Assembly (NCBI GenBank): GCA_038065035.1
Contig: JBBTRV010000002.1
Coordinates: forward strand, 1-51,075
DNA length: 51,075 nucleotides
Direction of reading: 5' to 3'
Source of the DNA: Patescibacteria group bacterium
Lineage (GTDB): Bacteria; Patescibacteriota; Minisyncoccia; UBA6257; UBA9933
Below, one piece after another: positions 8,550 to 17,797 of this stretch. The position numbers were made by a program, and so were the translations under genes. Each line of letters opens with the position of its first letter. Within the stretch, counting starts at the first letter, position 1. Under the pieces are notes generated by a model. That model ran no database searches, had not been told where the DNA came from, and saw nothing but the letters and a program-made list of their open reading frames with translations.

Positions 8550-9834
8550 CAATCTCCGCTCCTAAATTTTTTAATCTCTCGTCTATTTTTTCATATCCTC
8601 TGTCAATTTCTTCAATTCCTTCTATTATTGATTCTCCCTTGGCAATCAAAGCGGCTGTTAAATGCGCCATGCCGGCGCGCAAATCAGAAACTTTTACATT
8701 TCTGCCGAAAAGCGGAGTTGGTCCGGAAATCACTGCGCTATGATACTGGCCTTCGCCGTTGAAACGACAGGGAAATTCTCCCAAACACTTTGAAAATACT
8801 TTAATATTTGCGCCCATAAAATTCAAGTCCTTAATATATTCAAAACGATTTTCATAAACAGTTTCATGAATTATGGAAATACTATTGGCTTGAGTAAGCA
8901 AAATAGCGAAAGGCTGCTGCCAATCGGTCATAAAACCCGGATGAGTGTCGGTCTCAAGTTCTATTGCCGAAAGACCGTCGGAACGCCAAAAAACAATGCC
9001 GTCGTTTTCCACCCTATATTCGCCACCAACCCGCCGGAACTCGTTTAAAAACGTTATTAAATGATTATGAATCGCTTCTTTGATTTTTATTTTATTTCCT
9101 TTGCTGGCCGCCGCAAGACACGCAAAAGAAGCCGCTTCGTTTCTGTCCGGCATTACTTTACGACGCACGCCACCCAGCTTTTTTACGCCGTCAATATAAA
9201 TAGTTCTATCCGCTCCCAAACCGATAATCGCTCCCATATTTTGAAGCATTTCTATCAAATCAATAATCTCCGGCTCAATAGCGGCGTTTTTAATTATTGT
9301 CCGGCCATTTGCTAAAACCGCCGCAAAAATTGCGTTTTCCGTGGCCCCCACGCTCGGATAGCGAAAATTGATTTTCGCGCCCTTTAATCCTTCTGGCGCT
9401 GTGGCTAAAAAATAATTTTCTAAAATTTCAATTTGCGCGCCAAGCGTTTTTAAAGCCGCTAAATGGATATCAACCGGCCGGCTGCCGATTTTATCGCCGC
9501 CTAAAAATGGAACTTGAGCTTTACCGAACCTTGCCAACAACGGCCCTAACGTTAGAATCGGAATTCTATTAACGCGGCCAAGAGATTCAACTTTGAAATT
9601 TTTTATTTCTGGAGTTTTTAAAACAGCCTCGTTGCTGTTGATATTGATTCCCGAACCGATAGAACGAAAAAATTCAGCGGTAATTTCCACGTCGCCGATT
9701 TGCGGAAAATTTTCAAAAATACATTCTTCGTCAGTAAGCAAAGATGCAACCATCATTTTGGTTGCCGCGTTTTTAGAACCTTGAAGCTTGATTTCGCCGT
9801 TTAAAGCCCTGCCGCCATTGACGATAAATTTCAT
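8539..9834 (-). CDS. murA: UDP-N-acetylglucosamine 1-carboxyvinyltransferase
   Basis: GSKNA, IGSRPVDIH, SVGATEN, PGFMTD, ETVYENRF, DLRAG, RGYE; start trimmed to MKFIVNGG at 9834. Confidence 0.95.
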   Translation of the reverse strand: MKFIVNGGRALNGEIKLQGSKNAATKMMVASLLTDEECIFENFPQIGDVEITAEFFRSIGSGININSNEAVLKTPEIKNFKVESLGRVNRIPILTLGPLLARFGKAQVPFLGGDKIGSRPVDIHLAALKTLGAQIEILENYFLATAPEGLKGAKINFRYPSVGATENAIFAAVLANGRTIIKNAAIEPEIIDLIEMLQNMGAIIGLGADRTIYIDGVKKLGGVRRKVMPDRNEAASFACLAAASKGNKIKIKEAIHNHLITFLNEFRRVGGEYRVENDGIVFWRSDGLSAIELETDTHPGFMTDWQQPFAILLTQANSISIIHETVYENRFEYIKDLNFMGANIKVFSKCLGEFPCRFNGEGQYHSAVISGPTPLFGRNVKVSDLRAGMAHLTAALIAKGESIIEGIEEIDRGYEKIDERLKNLGAEIVRV

Positions 9835-9838
9835 ATGA

Positions 9839-9939
9839 TTAGTATCAAGTATCAAGTGTTGGGTGTCAAGAAAATAACAATAATATCCAAATATACTCCT
9901 GATAATTCTTGACACTTAATACTCAACACTTAATACTTA
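9839..9939. repeat. Heptamer inverted repeat containing two divergent promoter-like motifs
   Basis: GTATCAA GTATCAA GTGTTGG GTGTCAA ... TTGACAC TTAATAC TCAACAC TTAATAC; each arm reads TTGACA-N17-RATACT outward. Confidence 0.8.
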
Positions 9940-9944
9940 TTAAA

Positions 9945-11252
9945 ATGACCAAAACAACCAGGCGTTTTTTATTTTACGGTCTTTTTATTCTTTTTATTCC
10001 ATTAAGCATAGCTATTATTCTTTATTCAACCGGTTGGAGGTTGAATGCCGAGAAATGTTCGGATATTCAATTATTAAATTGCTTGGGAATCAGAAAAACT
10101 GGCGCGATTTATATTGAAACAAAGCCAAAAGGCGTAAAAATCGAAATCAACGGAGAAATTTTTGAAGACCAGTCTGGCCTTATCCAAAGCGGCACTTTAA
10201 TATCAAACCTCCCGCCGAAAAACTATGAAGTAAAAATAGAAAAAGACGACTATCTTTTTTATTATAAAAATATTTCTGTCGCGCCTTCAATGGTTTCAGA
10301 ATTAATAGATACGATTCTAATTACCGAAAAAATAGAAAAACAAGAAATTATAAACAATAAATTAAGGGGTGATAAAATTATTGACTTAAGCAATGACACT
10401 AGAAAAATAATAATTAAAAATTCAAAAACTAATAATTATTATCTTTATAATTTTAGCGACCAAAAATCTGTTTTAAACATCAACGCGGCTTTCAATAATA
10501 TAAAAGCCAGCGAAATAGCAAAAATCTCTTTTCATCCGTTTGACTCAAACCGGCTTATTATTGAAGGCGAAAATGGGCTTTATATTTTCGACACAAACCG
10601 CCTTAAGCTGGAAATAATAACCGGCAAAACTATATTTTGGCTGACGAAAAATTCAAGCGTTTATTATTTGAAAGAAACAACAGATGAAAAATCGCCGAAA
10701 ACTAAAAATTACAGCTTGAATTCATTTAATTTGATATTAAGAACCGAAAGTGAAATTTTAAAACCGCAAACAAAAGCTAATAATTTTGCGAAATTCGATA
10801 TTTCAGACTCCGGAGACAGATTCGCGCTTATTGATTCCCTTGATAACCTGTATATTTTTAGCAATAATTCAAAAGAATTAAAACAAATCGCTCATAATGC
10901 CAAAGATTTTTTGTTTTCGCCTGATAATAAAAAAATTGCCTTTTTTGACCAAAATGGCCAGTTGAATATTCATTTCATTGAAGATTGGTATAAAAACTCA
11001 AGAAGAATTGCCGGCGACGCCAGCCGTTTTGGTTATGCGGAAAAATCATCGGAAATCTCCGATATTTATTGGCACAACTCATCCTACCACCTGATAATAG
11101 GGTATGAAAACAATATTGAATTCACTGAAATCGATGACCGTCCGCCGCTTAATAAATATAGAATCATTGAAGCAGACGATTTTTATTACAATCCCGAATT
11201 GTCAAAAATTTACTTTATCCAGAAAGAAAAACTTTATAGTTTTGAGATATAA
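9945..11252 (+). CDS. PEGA-domain membrane-anchored protein with probable beta-propeller
   Basis: N-terminal TM, TGAIYIETKPKG...YEVKIEKDDY PEGA-like segment, FSPDNKKIAF repeats; start trimmed to ATG 9945. Confidence 0.75.
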   Translation: MTKTTRRFLFYGLFILFIPLSIAIILYSTGWRLNAEKCSDIQLLNCLGIRKTGAIYIETKPKGVKIEINGEIFEDQSGLIQSGTLISNLPPKNYEVKIEKDDYLFYYKNISVAPSMVSELIDTILITEKIEKQEIINNKLRGDKIIDLSNDTRKIIIKNSKTNNYYLYNFSDQKSVLNINAAFNNIKASEIAKISFHPFDSNRLIIEGENGLYIFDTNRLKLEIITGKTIFWLTKNSSVYYLKETTDEKSPKTKNYSLNSFNLILRTESEILKPQTKANNFAKFDISDSGDRFALIDSLDNLYIFSNNSKELKQIAHNAKDFLFSPDNKKIAFFDQNGQLNIHFIEDWYKNSRRIAGDASRFGYAEKSSEISDIYWHNSSYHLIIGYENNIEFTEIDDRPPLNKYRIIEADDFYYNPELSKIYFIQKEKLYSFEI

Positions 11253-11255
11253 GTC

Positions 11256-11690
11256 CTACACCACTTCTGCTTTATAGCAATCCTCGCAATAAACTATTTC
11301 TGGCCTGTCTAGTGAATATGTCGTCTCAAATTTATTGGGGCAGAGTTTGACCAGCTCTCCCAATGTTTTGAATCTATTCGGATCTCCTAAGTCAACTCTG
11401 AACTGCGAATAAAAAGATTCCTGATAGCTGTTTTCCCAGGACGATGGCTTGGCGCTTCTGGAAAGGAAATCTGAATTTCCAACTCATTCAATGCTTTCGT
11501 AAATACTTTTGATCCATATTCCCGTCCGTTATCGGAATGGAAAATAGTAAGCCTTTGATTATTGGATAAGGCGAAAAATAAAGCCTGTAGCACCAACGAT
11601 ACAGAATAATTCATCATTACGCTGATGCCTGTTATTTTTCTAGTGAATATATCTATTAAAAGACTAATTTTATAATGAAACAAAATACAC
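11256..11690 (-). pseudogene. Decayed IS3-like (rve integrase core) transposase fused to a Cys-rich C-terminal fragment
   Basis: IDIFTRKITG, IFHSDNGREY, then after a 5-bp TTTCC duplication WENSYQESFYSQFRVDLGDPNRF; lacks N-terminal HTH and normal C-terminus; 5' limit approximate. Confidence 0.8.
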
Positions 11691-11795
11691 AATTTACATT
11701 TACTTCTGCCCAACCTCAGTTTGATAACATTTTCACTCTCTAACAAAAATTGCTTTATATTATTTTTTTCAATATATTTTCAAAATTGTTCAAAC

Positions 11796-12215
11796 TTACG
11801 CTTTTTTGGAAAATAATTTGAAGATAGCTAAAAAAGACAAGCCGCCTAAGAAGTCAAAAAATAAGTCTCCTATTGTGTCCGCCGCTCCCTGCTGGAAAAT
11901 TTGAGTGTAATTTTTTGAAGAAAAGAAAAAATCGTTAAGAAATTCGTAAAATTCCCAGAAAATACCGACTAAAGCAACAAGCGATAAAATGACAATTAGA
12001 AAAGTTAAAAAATTTTGGCTAAGGACTTCTTTAGAAATTGGAAATTGATAATTGAAAATTAAATATACAGCCGCCATTGCCACCCAAAAACCGCCTAAAA
12101 AATGCATCGGTATATCAAGCCATAAATAAGTCCAATACCAATAATTAAAAGTGGCTAAAATATGCAATGAAAGAACGGCTATTAGAAAAATAAGAACTGA
12201 TTTTGAAGAAACCAT
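11796..12215 (-). CDS. Integral membrane protein (VanZ/DUF2238-like)
   Basis: LDIPMHFLGG, WEFYEF, DTIGDL motifs, 4 TM; start trimmed to ATG 12215 (longer ORF overlaps rpsI). Confidence 0.75.
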   Translation of the reverse strand: MVSSKSVLIFLIAVLSLHILATFNYWYWTYLWLDIPMHFLGGFWVAMAAVYLIFNYQFPISKEVLSQNFLTFLIVILSLVALVGIFWEFYEFLNDFFFSSKNYTQIFQQGAADTIGDLFFDFLGGLSFLAIFKLFSKKA

Positions 12216-12231
12216 ACCTGATAGTATAAAA

Positions 12232-12687
12232 TTATCTCTTTCTCCATTGATGTCCTCTGCGAGCCTTATGAAGGCCGTATTTTTTACGCTCAACCGCGCG
12301 AGAGTCGCGGGTAAGATAACCGGCGCGGCGAAGCCGTTTTTTAAAATCAATGTTGAATTTTACCAATGCCCGGGATATGCCGTGCCGAACAGCTTCAGCC
12401 TGACTGGATAATCCGCCCCCTTTTACTTTGATTATAACGCCGAGTTTATCGGTTATTTTCATTCTCTCCAAAGCCGCGACGGCCTGCTTTTGAAGCCTCA
12501 ATAACGGAAAATAATCAGCGCAGTTTTTTTCGTTAATCGTAATACCGTCTTTTTTCGTGTAAAGCCGCACTCGTGCAACCGAAGTTTTTCTTCTTCCAAC
12601 CGCTTCAAAATAACGCTCCTTTTTAATGGTTGCGGTTTTGCTCTCTGATTTTGTTTCCTTTTTAATTTTAGCAATTTTTTCAACCAT
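12232..12687 (-). CDS. rpsI: 30S ribosomal protein S9
   Basis: GRRKTSVARV, GGGLSSQAEAVRHGISRAL, ERKKYG. Confidence 0.97.
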   Translation of the reverse strand: MVEKIAKIKKETKSESKTATIKKERYFEAVGRRKTSVARVRLYTKKDGITINEKNCADYFPLLRLQKQAVAALERMKITDKLGVIIKVKGGGLSSQAEAVRHGISRALVKFNIDFKKRLRRAGYLTRDSRAVERKKYGLHKARRGHQWRKR

Positions 12688-12693
12688 AAAAAA

Positions 12694-13038
12694 TTATTGT
12701 TCTATGAGTAATTTCTTCATTCTTCTTACTCTTAATTTATTTTCCGGCAGCATTTCTCTGACAATTTTTTTTAGCGCTTCTGCCGCCCCCTTTTTTTTAA
12801 TAAGCTCGGCAAGTGTTTGTTTTTTTAGATGGCCAATTTGAGTCGTGTGGCGATAATAAATTCTTTGTTCCGCTTTTCTCTGCGACAAGCTTATTTTATC
12901 AACATTTTTAACAATAACCTTATCTTCACCTTCTAATCTTGGGTTATAATTTGGATTTTTTTTTCCTTGCAAAATAACCGCTATTTCAGAAGCCAAACGT
13001 CCTAATTTTTTATTTGTAGCATCGATAGTATATTGCAT
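12694..13038 (-). CDS. rplM: 50S ribosomal protein L13 (short form)
   Basis: IDATNKKLGRLASEIA, GKKNPNY, MLPENKL. Confidence 0.95.
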   Translation of the reverse strand: MQYTIDATNKKLGRLASEIAVILQGKKNPNYNPRLEGEDKVIVKNVDKISLSQRKAEQRIYYRHTTQIGHLKKQTLAELIKKKGAAEALKKIVREMLPENKLRVRRMKKLLIEQ

Positions 13039-13043
13039 AATAT

Positions 13044-15185
13044 CTATTTCTTCCCAGCGGCGATCATTTGGGCTATATTATTCGGCACTTCGTCATATTT
13101 GTCAAATTCCATAGTGAAACTGCCTCTGCCCTGCGTCATTGAACGGAGTTTTGTAGCGTAGCCGAACATTTCGGACAACGGCACCTTAGCGTCAATTACC
13201 CTTACATTGGCGCGCTCTCCCATTCCTTCAATCCGGCCGCGTTTGCTTTGAAGATCGCCTGTTGCGTCACCGAGAAAATCCGGCGGCACAATTATCTGTA
13301 CTTTCATTATCGGCTCAAGAACTACTGGCTTGGCATTTCTAGTCGCCTCACCCAAAGCTATAGAACCGGCAATTTTAAAAGCCGCTTCAGAAGAATCAAC
13401 CTCATGGAAAGACCCGTCAAAAAGAGTTACTTCCAAGTCAACTATGGGATAACCGGCAATAATTCCTTTATCCAAAGCTTCTTTAACGCCTTTTTGCACT
13501 GCCGGAATAAATTCAGAAGGAATAATTCCGCCTTTAATCGCATCAACAAAAATAAATCCTTTTCCTCTTTCTAATGGCTTCACTTTCAGCCAAACATGAC
13601 CATATTGTCCGCGTCCTCCGGACTGGCGAATATATTTGCCTTCCGCCTCGGCTTCGCTTTTAATCGTTTCTTTATAAGCGACTTGCGGCCTGCCGACATT
13701 AGCTTCAACGCTGAATTCCCTTTTCATCCTGTCAACAATAATTTCCAAATGAAGCTCTCCCATTCCGGAGATAATAGTTTCGCCGGTATCGGGATCGCCG
13801 GAAATCCGAAATGTCGGATCTTCATCAGCCAACCGCCTCATTGCCAAACCCATTTTTTCCTGGTCGGCTTTGGTTTTCGGTTCAATTCTGATTGAAATAA
13901 CCGGCTCTGGAAAAATGATTTTTTCCAATATAATTTGTTTTTCTGAATCGCATAAAGTATCTCCGGTTGACGTATTTTTTAAGCCAACAATGGCGCCGAT
14001 GTCGCCGGCGTAAAATTCTTCAACTTCCTCCCGTTTATTCGCGTGCATGCGGACGATTCTTCCCACTCTTTCAGAATCGCCTTTGGTAGAATTTAAAATA
14101 TAGCTGCCCTTTTTAAGAACGCCTGAATAAATCCTGAAATAAGTCAGACTGCCGACATAAGGATCAGTGGCAATTTTAAAAGCCAGCGCGGTTAAAGGCT
14201 CCTCGTCGCTCGGCTGGCGAATAATTTCTTCGTTTGTTTTCGGATGAATGCCTTTAATTGGCTTTATTTCGGCTAAATCTAACGGCGAGGGCAAATAATC
14301 AATAACACCGTCCAAAAGAAGCTGAACACCTTTATTTTTAAGCGCCGAACCGCAAAAAACCGGAATAAAATTATTGCCGATAGTCGCTTTTCTTATGGCA
14401 GAGCGCATTTCTTCTTCAGAAATTGCGCTTCCTCCAAGATATTTTTCCATTAAACGGTCATCATATTCGGCAACTTTTTCCAAAAGATTTTTTCTGGCCG
14501 TTTCAGCTTCAACTTTTAAATTTTCGGGAATTTCTTTTTCAATAAGCTTTTCCCCATGCTCTCCTTCGGAACCATATGCTTTCATAGTCACAAGATCGAT
14601 TACGCCTTCAAAAGCCGATTCCAAGCCGATTGGAATCTGAACCGGATAAGCGTTTTGAGTAAGCCTCTCCTTTATTGAGCGGAATGAATTTTCAAAGCTC
14701 GCTCCCATTCTGTCTAATTTATTGATAAAACAAATTCTCGGTACTTTATATTTATCCGCCTGATGCCAGACTGTTTCTGATTGAGGCTCCACTCCGGCAA
14801 CGCCGTCGAAAACAACCACGCCGCCGTCTAAAACACGCAATGACCTTTCAACTTCAACGGTAAAATCAACGTGGCCCGGAGTGTCGATAATATTAATTCT
14901 GTGTTCGTGGGCTTCGCGGATTTTCTGCCTTTCCTTGTCTTCCGCCGCTTTTCTCAAAAGCCGGACAAAAGTCCAGAAACAAGTTGTTGCCGCAGCGGTA
15001 ATGGTAATTCCCCTTTCCCTTTCCTGCTCCATCCAGTCCATAATCGCCTGGCCTTCGTGAACTTCGCCGATTTTATGCGAAATGCCGGTATAAAAAAGAA
15101 TCCGTTCGGAAACGGTTGTCTTACCGGCGTCTATGTGCGCTATTATGCCTATATTTCTATATTTTTCTAAGGAGTATTGGCGCAT
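13044..15185 (-). CDS. fusA: Elongation factor G
   Basis: [34 protein letters not shown]. Confidence 0.98.
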   Translation of the reverse strand: MRQYSLEKYRNIGIIAHIDAGKTTVSERILFYTGISHKIGEVHEGQAIMDWMEQERERGITITAAATTCFWTFVRLLRKAAEDKERQKIREAHEHRINIIDTPGHVDFTVEVERSLRVLDGGVVVFDGVAGVEPQSETVWHQADKYKVPRICFINKLDRMGASFENSFRSIKERLTQNAYPVQIPIGLESAFEGVIDLVTMKAYGSEGEHGEKLIEKEIPENLKVEAETARKNLLEKVAEYDDRLMEKYLGGSAISEEEMRSAIRKATIGNNFIPVFCGSALKNKGVQLLLDGVIDYLPSPLDLAEIKPIKGIHPKTNEEIIRQPSDEEPLTALAFKIATDPYVGSLTYFRIYSGVLKKGSYILNSTKGDSERVGRIVRMHANKREEVEEFYAGDIGAIVGLKNTSTGDTLCDSEKQIILEKIIFPEPVISIRIEPKTKADQEKMGLAMRRLADEDPTFRISGDPDTGETIISGMGELHLEIIVDRMKREFSVEANVGRPQVAYKETIKSEAEAEGKYIRQSGGRGQYGHVWLKVKPLERGKGFIFVDAIKGGIIPSEFIPAVQKGVKEALDKGIIAGYPIVDLEVTLFDGSFHEVDSSEAAFKIAGSIALGEATRNAKPVVLEPIMKVQIIVPPDFLGDATGDLQSKRGRIEGMGERANVRVIDAKVPLSEMFGYATKLRSMTQGRGSFTMEFDKYDEVPNNIAQMIAAGKK

Positions 15186-15191
15186 AAGATA

Positions 15192-15659
15192 TTATCTGAC
15201 AAAACTTGCGAATGCTCTGTTTGCTTCCGCCATTCTATGAGTATCTTGCTTTTTCTTAATAGCCGCGCCTTCATTTTTATAAGCGGCGATAAGCTCTTCG
15301 GCTAATTTATTAGCCATCGGTTTTCCCTTTTTCAAACGCGCCGCATTGATAATCCAATGGCAGGCAAGGAAAAATTTTCTTTCCGGCCTGACTTCTCTCG
15401 GAATCTGATAATTGGCTCCGCCAACCCGTTTTGAAACGACTTCGAGAAAAGGAGAAGTATTTTCTAATGCCCTTTCAAAAACTGCCAACGGCTCTTCTTT
15501 TATACTTTTAGCGATAATATCAAATGCGCCGTAAATCAAATTTTCGGCAATCGCTTTTTTGCCGTCATTCATTAAATAATTAATAAACCTGCCAATTGCA
15601 ATATTATCATATTTGATGTCTGGTTCGCACTGTTTTTTGAATTTTCGTTTTTTTCTCAT
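15192..15659 (-). CDS. rpsG: 30S ribosomal protein S7
   Basis: RVGGANYQIP, HRMAEANRAF. Confidence 0.97.
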   Translation of the reverse strand: MRKKRKFKKQCEPDIKYDNIAIGRFINYLMNDGKKAIAENLIYGAFDIIAKSIKEEPLAVFERALENTSPFLEVVSKRVGGANYQIPREVRPERKFFLACHWIINAARLKKGKPMANKLAEELIAAYKNEGAAIKKKQDTHRMAEANRAFASFVR

Positions 15660-15678
15660 ATTCGCTATCGCTCACATT

Positions 15679-15757
15679 CCTACTAATTTACAAATTTTAC
15701 CAATATTACTAATAATTTATATTAGTACAATTAGTAATTTATTAGTACATTAGTAGG
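15679..15757. repeat. ~80-bp palindromic TACTAAT-unit element, copy 1
   Basis: CCTACTAAT...ATTAGTAGG; near-identical copy at 47571..47651. Confidence 0.9.
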
Positions 15758-15758
15758 G

Positions 15759-16169
15759 TTATTTCGATTTCTTTACTCCGTATTTGCTTCTCTCTTGTTT
15801 TCTTCCGTCAACTCCGATAGTGTCCAAAACCCCGCGGACAATATGATATCTTACGCCAGGCAAGTCTTTTACCCTGCCGCCTCTTATCACCACTACCGAA
15901 TGCTCCTGTAAATTATGGCCGACGCCCGGAATATAAGCTGTTGCCTCCATGCCATTGCTTAATCTTACCCTTGCCACTTTCCGTAAAGCGGAATTCGGCT
16001 TTTTTGGAGTAGTGGTAAATACTTTTAAACACACTCCTCTTTTAAAAGGAGAAGCTGAATAAACCGGCTTGTTCCTAATGGTATTAAAATAATACCCCAT
16101 CGCCGGAGATTTTGTTTTTTTGGATTTGCTTTTTCTTCCTTTTTTAATTAATTGATTAATTGTCGGCAT
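15759..16169 (-). CDS. rpsL: 30S ribosomal protein S12
   Basis: [30 protein letters not shown]. Confidence 0.98.
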   Translation of the reverse strand: MPTINQLIKKGRKSKSKKTKSPAMGYYFNTIRNKPVYSASPFKRGVCLKVFTTTPKKPNSALRKVARVRLSNGMEATAYIPGVGHNLQEHSVVVIRGGRVKDLPGVRYHIVRGVLDTIGVDGRKQERSKYGVKKSK

Positions 16170-16319
16170 CCCCCACCCTTCAAAGATTATATTTATAAAT
16201 TTTAATAAAAATTTATAAATGATAACTCATTAAAGTTTAATTTATTTTATTTATTTTCATTTTTTTTATTATCCCCTTATTTTCCCCTTCATTTTTCTAT
16301 CTTTGAAGGGTGGGGGGAT
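16168..16319. mobile_element. MITE-like element with 18-bp terminal inverted repeats
   Basis: CCCCCACCCTTCAAAGAT (16170-16187) / ATCTTTGAAGGGTGGGGG (16299-16316) around an AT-rich core, AT on both flanks. Confidence 0.6.
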
Positions 16320-16348
16320 AAAAAATAGAGACCCTTAAGGTCTATGAC

Positions 16349-16378
16349 AATATAGCAGAATAAATATTCCATTGTCAA
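16349..16378 (-). promoter_or_regulatory. Sigma70-like promoter of the rpsL operon
   Basis: TTGACA-N18-TATATT with extended -10 TG. Confidence 0.65.
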
Positions 16379-16382
16379 TATA

Positions 16383-17786
16383 TTACTCTTCCTCAAATAT
16401 CGGCAAACCGGATGGCGGACCCATTTTTTTGCTTTCCAAACGCTTGATATGAGGCGATGTCAAGACAACCGCAGTCGGCACATGGTAAATCGTCGCTAAT
16501 TCAGCGGTTGTTAATATAGAGGTTCTTGATTTGTTATTAAAATTCATCGGCGTGGAAGTATAAGCTTTCCCAAAAGCAATTTCTTCCGGCATTCTTCGAT
16601 TGCGGAAATTATACAAAATTCTTTGTTTTCTCGCCTCCACCCTCCTTTTAATAAAAATATAAGGAAAATAAATCCAGCGGGTTCTGGTTTCTATCTGTGG
16701 ATTATTTATAAAAAAATTATGGCTTTGAGCGGCGTATTGGTTCCAAGCGCTTAAAATTCCTTTACGAGCGAAATTAGTGCTGAAAATTGAATTCGGCGCC
16801 AAATAAATAAAGCGAATTAAGCTTTCAAATCCTTGTTTGGAGAGCTTATTTTCAACAGCTTTCAAAGTGTCTTGCTGGCCGGGCGTCAGCTTAAACATTG
16901 AAAACATATCTTCTTTTTTTTCCTCTTTCGTCGGCTCCGCCCATGTCGGATGCTCGACCGGAGCCCAAAATAAATTTTTAACGAATTCGTAAATGCCCTC
17001 ACCGAAAAAACTCTCGGCCTTTTTGCCATTTCTTCCAATCAATTCATTGATATACTTCTGGCCTTCTTCTTTCCAGTAAACATCAATTGGCCTTGTTAAT
17101 AATTGAATACAAACCATTTCTTCTTTATGAATACCAGCCATAATTTCTATTAACGCCGAAACCGGATCGATAGCCATTTCTTCTTTACTTAACTCAAAAT
17201 CTTCATAAGTTTTAAGTGGAAAATAATTAGGATTAGCCAGTAAAAATTCACCGCCAAAAAGATTTTCGTTTTTTTTGTAAATCTCTTTGGTGGAAGATGG
17301 AATTACGTTCATATAATCGTCAACCTCTTCAACTTCAACATTGGCATACTGGGCGTAAAGCGCGGACTCAACCATTTTTTTAAACTTTTTAGGAGTCTTA
17401 ATGTAAAAATGAACCCGTCCGCCAAAACTGACAATTTCAAAACTCCACCACAAAGGCACTTCTCCTTCAATATATTTTTCCAAGAAATTTCCCGGAGAAT
17501 TTTTCAAATCGTAAATATTTTTGAAGAATTGCTCCATTGCCCTTGGAGTTCTATCAACCTCGCGTGGAATTTTAAGCTCCAATAAAACCCAATCAACGGA
17601 ATTTTTATAAATTCCCTGACGATAAAAAAGCCATGTTTCCCTAAATAATTTTAAGAGTAAAATAAAAACGCCTAAAATAACCAGCCATGTTATTGGATTT
17701 TGATATTGATAAAATAATCTAACGGCTATGTTATAAAAATTAGAAAAAGAATTAAAAAGTCCTTGAAAAATTTCTAAAAAAGTCAT
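16383..17786 (-). CDS. Conserved CPR-type membrane-anchored hypothetical protein
   Basis: LLELKIPREVDRTPRAMEQ, WWSFEIVS, YAQY, ELATIYH; recalls the N-terminal region of CPR VirB4/TraG-like proteins but no Walker A seen. Confidence 0.7.
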   Translation of the reverse strand: MTFLEIFQGLFNSFSNFYNIAVRLFYQYQNPITWLVILGVFILLLKLFRETWLFYRQGIYKNSVDWVLLELKIPREVDRTPRAMEQFFKNIYDLKNSPGNFLEKYIEGEVPLWWSFEIVSFGGRVHFYIKTPKKFKKMVESALYAQYANVEVEEVDDYMNVIPSSTKEIYKKNENLFGGEFLLANPNYFPLKTYEDFELSKEEMAIDPVSALIEIMAGIHKEEMVCIQLLTRPIDVYWKEEGQKYINELIGRNGKKAESFFGEGIYEFVKNLFWAPVEHPTWAEPTKEEKKEDMFSMFKLTPGQQDTLKAVENKLSKQGFESLIRFIYLAPNSIFSTNFARKGILSAWNQYAAQSHNFFINNPQIETRTRWIYFPYIFIKRRVEARKQRILYNFRNRRMPEEIAFGKAYTSTPMNFNNKSRTSILTTAELATIYHVPTAVVLTSPHIKRLESKKMGPPSGLPIFEEE

Positions 17787-17797
17787 TTTAAAAAAAA

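Noticed and set aside
9835-9944. Overlapping N-terminal extensions of murA and the PEGA gene
   Set aside because: They are translations of the heptamer repeat; better ATG starts exist at 9834 and 9945
12216-12350. Long overlap of the membrane protein ORF with rpsI
   Set aside because: ATG 12215 gives a complete protein without overlap
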